Assembly (NCBI GenBank): GCA_951406725.2 | Contig: OX597838.1 | Coordinates: forward strand, 806,001 to 870,000 | Reading direction: 5' to 3' | DNA length: 64,000 bases | DNA from: Octopus vulgaris | Taxonomy: Eukaryota | In this document: piece after piece, positions 59,686 through 64,000 of the stretch | Layout: every line of letters begins with the position of its first letter | Position numbering within the stretch: position 1 is the stretch's first letter | Made by a program: the position numbers and the translations under genes | The notes under the pieces: generated by a model | What the model was told of the DNA's origin: nothing | The model's input: only the letters and a program-made list of their open reading frames with translations | Database searches by the model: none

Positions 59686-60001
59686 TTAAAACGGTAAGAT
59701 AACAAAAGAAAGTAAGAGACCTCAATATTATGTAAATAGAGGTTTTTATCTGTAAATGTAATAAGTGACAATTATTCGGTAGCCAAGATAAAACTCTGAG
59801 TTTTGGATGCCGAGGTGGAAATCCACACGACCACCTCTTCAGTTATCCGGCCACTAATAAACGGTCATTCGAATTGCGCTTTTGTCTAAATAGCGTCAAT
59901 AACACAGTAATTTCCCTTCGTATAACGGTCTTTTTTCATAGCGCCGGATAACTGAAGAGATGGTGGTGTGGATTTCCACCTCGGCATCCGAAACTCAGAG
60001 T
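59683..60001. mobile_element. Penelope-like/retrozyme-like insertion with an inverted pair of hammerhead motifs
   Basis: Arms 59793-59851 and 59943-60001 are inverted copies of GCCGGATAA-CTGAAGA-stem II-GAAAC-TCAGA-GT. The minus copy continues T-TTATCT, completing stem I with GGATAA. (TA)n on the left, (TG)n on the right. Confidence 0.75.
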
Positions 60002-60059
60002 ATGTGTACGTGTGTGTGTGCGTGTGTGCCTATATTTTTGAGCATGTGCATGTGTGTGT

Positions 60060-60435
60060 CTTATCTTTTGTCATTTACTTGCTTCAGTCATTAGTCTGCG
60101 ACCTTCAAGAATTTTCTTTTTTTAGTCGAAGTGACGCCAATACTTGTTTAGGCCTCGTCTCTTTCGCCTTTTAAGTCTTGGCACATAAACACCAACACCG
60201 CATGTCAAGCATTAGCGGGGCAAGACGCAGACTCAAAGACACACACACATGCACACACACATACACACACATGTGCGACGAGCTTCTTTCAGTTTCCATC
60301 TACCGAATCCACTCACAGGACTTGGGTTGGACCGAGGTTAAAGTATAAAACACTTGTCTATGGTTCCACGCAGTGGGAGTGAACCCGAAACGGAAAGTGT
60401 TCGGAAAGTTTCTCACCCAACAACAATGCCTGTGC
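60060..60435 (-). mobile_element. SINE family B, diverged
   Basis: gcttctttcagtttccatctaccgaatccactcac...ccacgcagtgggagtgaacccg plus a 3' half cagtcattagtctgcg. Confidence 0.8.
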
Positions 60436-61269
60436 CTCACTGTGTCTGTGTGGGGCAGGATTTGACGCAGTTTCGGCCGATCAAATTTTACTGACGGAAG
60501 ATATCAATTTTTTGGTCCACGGCAGGTTGCAGAGGAAGAAACTTGCTCAAGATGAGGCGTTGGACGGTGGTGGAGGGGGGGGGGATCACCGAACGACATG
60601 GATTTGAAATAAACGAACTTTCCAACCAGACAGATCCATCAGCAGTCAAAATGGGAGGGAGGTGGGTGAAGGAAAGAAAGATAGAAAGAGCTGGAGTGAA
60701 AGAGATGTCGAGAGGGAGAGAGAGAGAGAAAGGAAATGAAGAGAGAGGAAAGAGAAGATAGAGAGAGGGGTGTGGGGGAGAAGAAGAGAGAACGAGAGGA
60801 GAGAAAAAGAGAGAGGGGGAAAATGAGAGGCGGGGAGAGGAAGAATAAGGTAGATGAAGAGGCGGGGAGAGGAGTGGGTAAGTTAGGTTTCTGATAATGA
60901 AGAATTAACAGCTTCTCATTGTAAATTCCAGAAGTTTCTCTGACTCTAAAGTACAACGCATACTTACCTCGGCTGCCCCCACCCCACCGCCACCCGCACC
61001 ACCCTCTCCCCCTCCGCCCCCGCACTTGGCTTCGGTTACACAAGAGAAACGGAAGATCGTGGCTCGTGTGTTGTGGGGTTGTTTGTTTCTAGGTCACAAC
61101 ATCATTTTACAAAGTACACACTGAATGGATTAAGTACATCAGCGTCTGGAAACAACAACAACAACAACAGCAACACCACCACCACCAACAACAACAACAA
61201 TAGCAACAACAACAATTCAAGTAGCTAAGAATTTAATAATGAAATTAATTTCTGAAACGCGGTGGGGGA

Positions 61270-61331
<62 letters not shown>

Positions 61332-62468
61332 ATGGTGGTTTAGTGTTTGAAAAGTTCGCTTCACTATCGTTCGGTTTCGAGCCCGATCCTATCGCATGCT
61401 CCCTGGGCAAGGGTCTTCTACCAGGAACTTCGGTTGATTTATAATTTGTGAGTTCATTTCGATACAGAGCATGAATGTGTGTGTGCGTGTGTATGTATGT
61501 GTGTGTGTGTGTGTGTGTGTGTATGTAGAAATCATGTAACTTGTGAACAAGTTGTAAGAAATATAGAAAGAGAGGGCTTCGGGAAATGTATAAGAGGATA
61601 AACAAAATGGACAAGACAAAAGGCCCCCCTCGACAGCTGTAAAGCTTGAGGCCACGGCAGTTTCAACTCTTATGGACAGCACTGTTAGCTTATAGCAGAA
61701 CTAGTTGCTTCGAAGAGAAATGCTACTAGCAAAAGGTGTAGTAAAGAGAGAATTTAGTTAGTGCAGTTTATTATTTCACTCGAAAGATTTTAGTGTTTAT
61801 ATATTTTTGAAATATATTTTTTCGCATACTTTTTGTTCTCTTTTCTCTCAGTACTATACACACATTGTACCGAGTTTTGTTTCTTTCAATTCCCAATATC
61901 TTCTGCGTCGATCCTTAACAGCATTCCTCTTTGAAGATTCTAGTAACTGCTCTCAAAACAACCATGACCATCAGATCGGCAAGAGTTTAGGGAAGCCCTT
62001 CGTTTGTGTCCATTTTGTTTTCTGTTCAGTCGATATTTTTCTGTCCTTTATCTTCCTTTATCTCAATGTCCACTTTATATGTTATATCTTACAGAAATGA
62101 TTAAATAAGTTCTAGATGTGTACTAGAGTTGGTAGAATCGACCTTTAAAAGTTGTGCTGCGCCATGACCGAAGTTCAATGACTGAAACCAGTAAAAGAGG
62201 AATATAAGCAGTTGTGATATGGCGGTTGCGGTAGTGGTATAGTGGTGGTGGTGGCGGTGATGATGGTCATAGTTATAGTGGTGGTAGTGCAAGCGCTTTT
62301 GACGAGAATAGTAATGAGGGCCGTGGCGGTGATGGTGAAAGTAGAAATGGTGTTAATAATGGTGACGATGGTGGTGGTGGTGGTGGTGGTGGTGGTGGTG
62401 GTGGTGGTAATGATGATAACTGATTGTGGTGACAGGAATGGTTGGTAATGGTTATGATGGTGGTGACG

Positions 62469-62513
<45 letters not shown>

Positions 62514-62899
62514 ATGAGATAATATCAATGATGGGGATAGTAGTGGTGCCTAAAGTGGTGCTGGTGTACGTAATGGTAGGAGTGGTGGTGGTGGTGGGGA
62601 TAATTAAGTAATGAAGAAGGAAGTAGTGGAGAAGGGGGGAGGTAGGGAAGGAAATTAATCAATGACTGGTGTGGAGGGGAGTGAGGGGGGAGGATGAGGG
62701 TGGGGGAGGCGGCCATGAATGATTTCAAATGTCAGCAGCAGATATAAATATTTTAACGCAAACACATACATACATGGTTATACACACACACACATATATA
62801 CATGTGAACGAGTATGTATATGCGTGTGTCTGTGTATGCCTATGTTCATATGCATATGTGTATATATATATGTGTGTGTGTGTGTATGTGTGTGTGTGT

Positions 62900-62956
62900 G
62901 TGTGTATAAAACTATGGGTGTATATATCTGTGTGTGTGTGTATAAAACTATGCGTG

Positions 62957-62987
<31 letters not shown>

Positions 62988-63012
62988 ATAAAACTATGCG
63001 TGTATATATCTG
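62900..63012. repeat. Minisatellite, 3 x GTGTATAAAACTATG(C/G)GTGTATATAT with (TG)n spacers
   Basis: Direct reading. Confidence 0.85.
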
Positions 63013-63925
63013 TGTGTGTGTGTCTTTGTACCTGCGCATATGTATATGGAGTCAACGTGAAAGAGAGAATTGTAATATGAAATTACGATGTGAATTTATC
63101 GGACGTCCATCTTTAGCCTCGTTCTGAAAAACATACTGTCGTCATATTTCTCTCTGTGGACAGAAAACTGAGATCGGCTTAACTAGTTTGAGTGGTTTAC
63201 ACAGTCTCATCTCTCAATCGTGGGCCATACGAAGGAATTAATAGACGAGCAACTATAAAGCAACTTTTGTGTTGTTAAATCGAGATGTAAAGTAAACTTA
63301 CAGGTATGAGGTTTTAGTAAACACACGCTTTTACCCTTAAAGGCAACGATTCTTCTCTGGGTGGGAATAGAAAATAAAGGAGACCAGTTAACTGAAGTAT
63401 CTACTTATTAAACATGACTTTATGTGGTTGAATATCCCGCAGCATGTGTAGCTATAATGTAATTCTTAGAGAGAATGAGAGTAACACAGTGTTGTCCTTT
63501 TAAAGTACGAACACAATTTATCAGCTGGATTCTTCAGTCTGTCCACCCAGTAGTTTTCACAAAACCAAGATGAAAAGTATGTTAGCATTAAGGCAAAATT
63601 TTTCTGGCTTTCCATATTTCTTTCATTATTTCAGCCTTGACAAAGTAATTTCTCCGAAACGTCAGAAATTCCAATCATCAAGACAATATTAGTTTTCACT
63701 TTCTGTCACTTTTTACACAAACACACGTGCGCGTGCATACAAACATACCCACATATACATACATATCATAAATATATGTATGTTTGAATGAATATATGCA
63801 TGCAAATATGTGTACGCACATATTCATGTACGTATGTGTATATGTAGATATGTCTATATATGCACGCATGTATGATGTATGCATTAATGAATATATGCAT
63901 TCATATGTGCGTGTATGCATGCGTG

Positions 63926-63986
<61 letters not shown>

Positions 63987-64000
63987 ACTTCCATGTATGC

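Overview
Eukaryotic, repeat-saturated, essentially gene-free DNA. The microsatellite density ((TA)n, (CA)n, (TACA)n, (GATA)n, (AAT)n) and the tRNA-derived SINE families point to a coleoid cephalopod, probably Octopus; this is inference from repeat style. Almost every ORF in the track is translated microsatellite. The real content is about 25 tRNA-head SINE copies from three modular families plus an older fourth repeat; LINE fragments (a young RTE 3' part with three C2H2 fingers, an old RTE, two CR1, one R4/Dong); two mariner fossils, an internally deleted maT-like element and several MITEs. There is also a set of Penelope-like/retrozyme-like remnants in (TA)n tracts, carrying minimal type I hammerhead ribozyme motifs and fold-back termini, including a 276-bp near-perfect palindrome. 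The only hint of a host gene is a possible first exon/promoter on the minus strand near 1.3 kb, plus a few TF-motif clusters. The most interesting signal is the hammerhead/fold-back element set and the apparent partitioning of microsatellite landing pads among retroelement families. I cannot claim a wholly new system from sequence alone.
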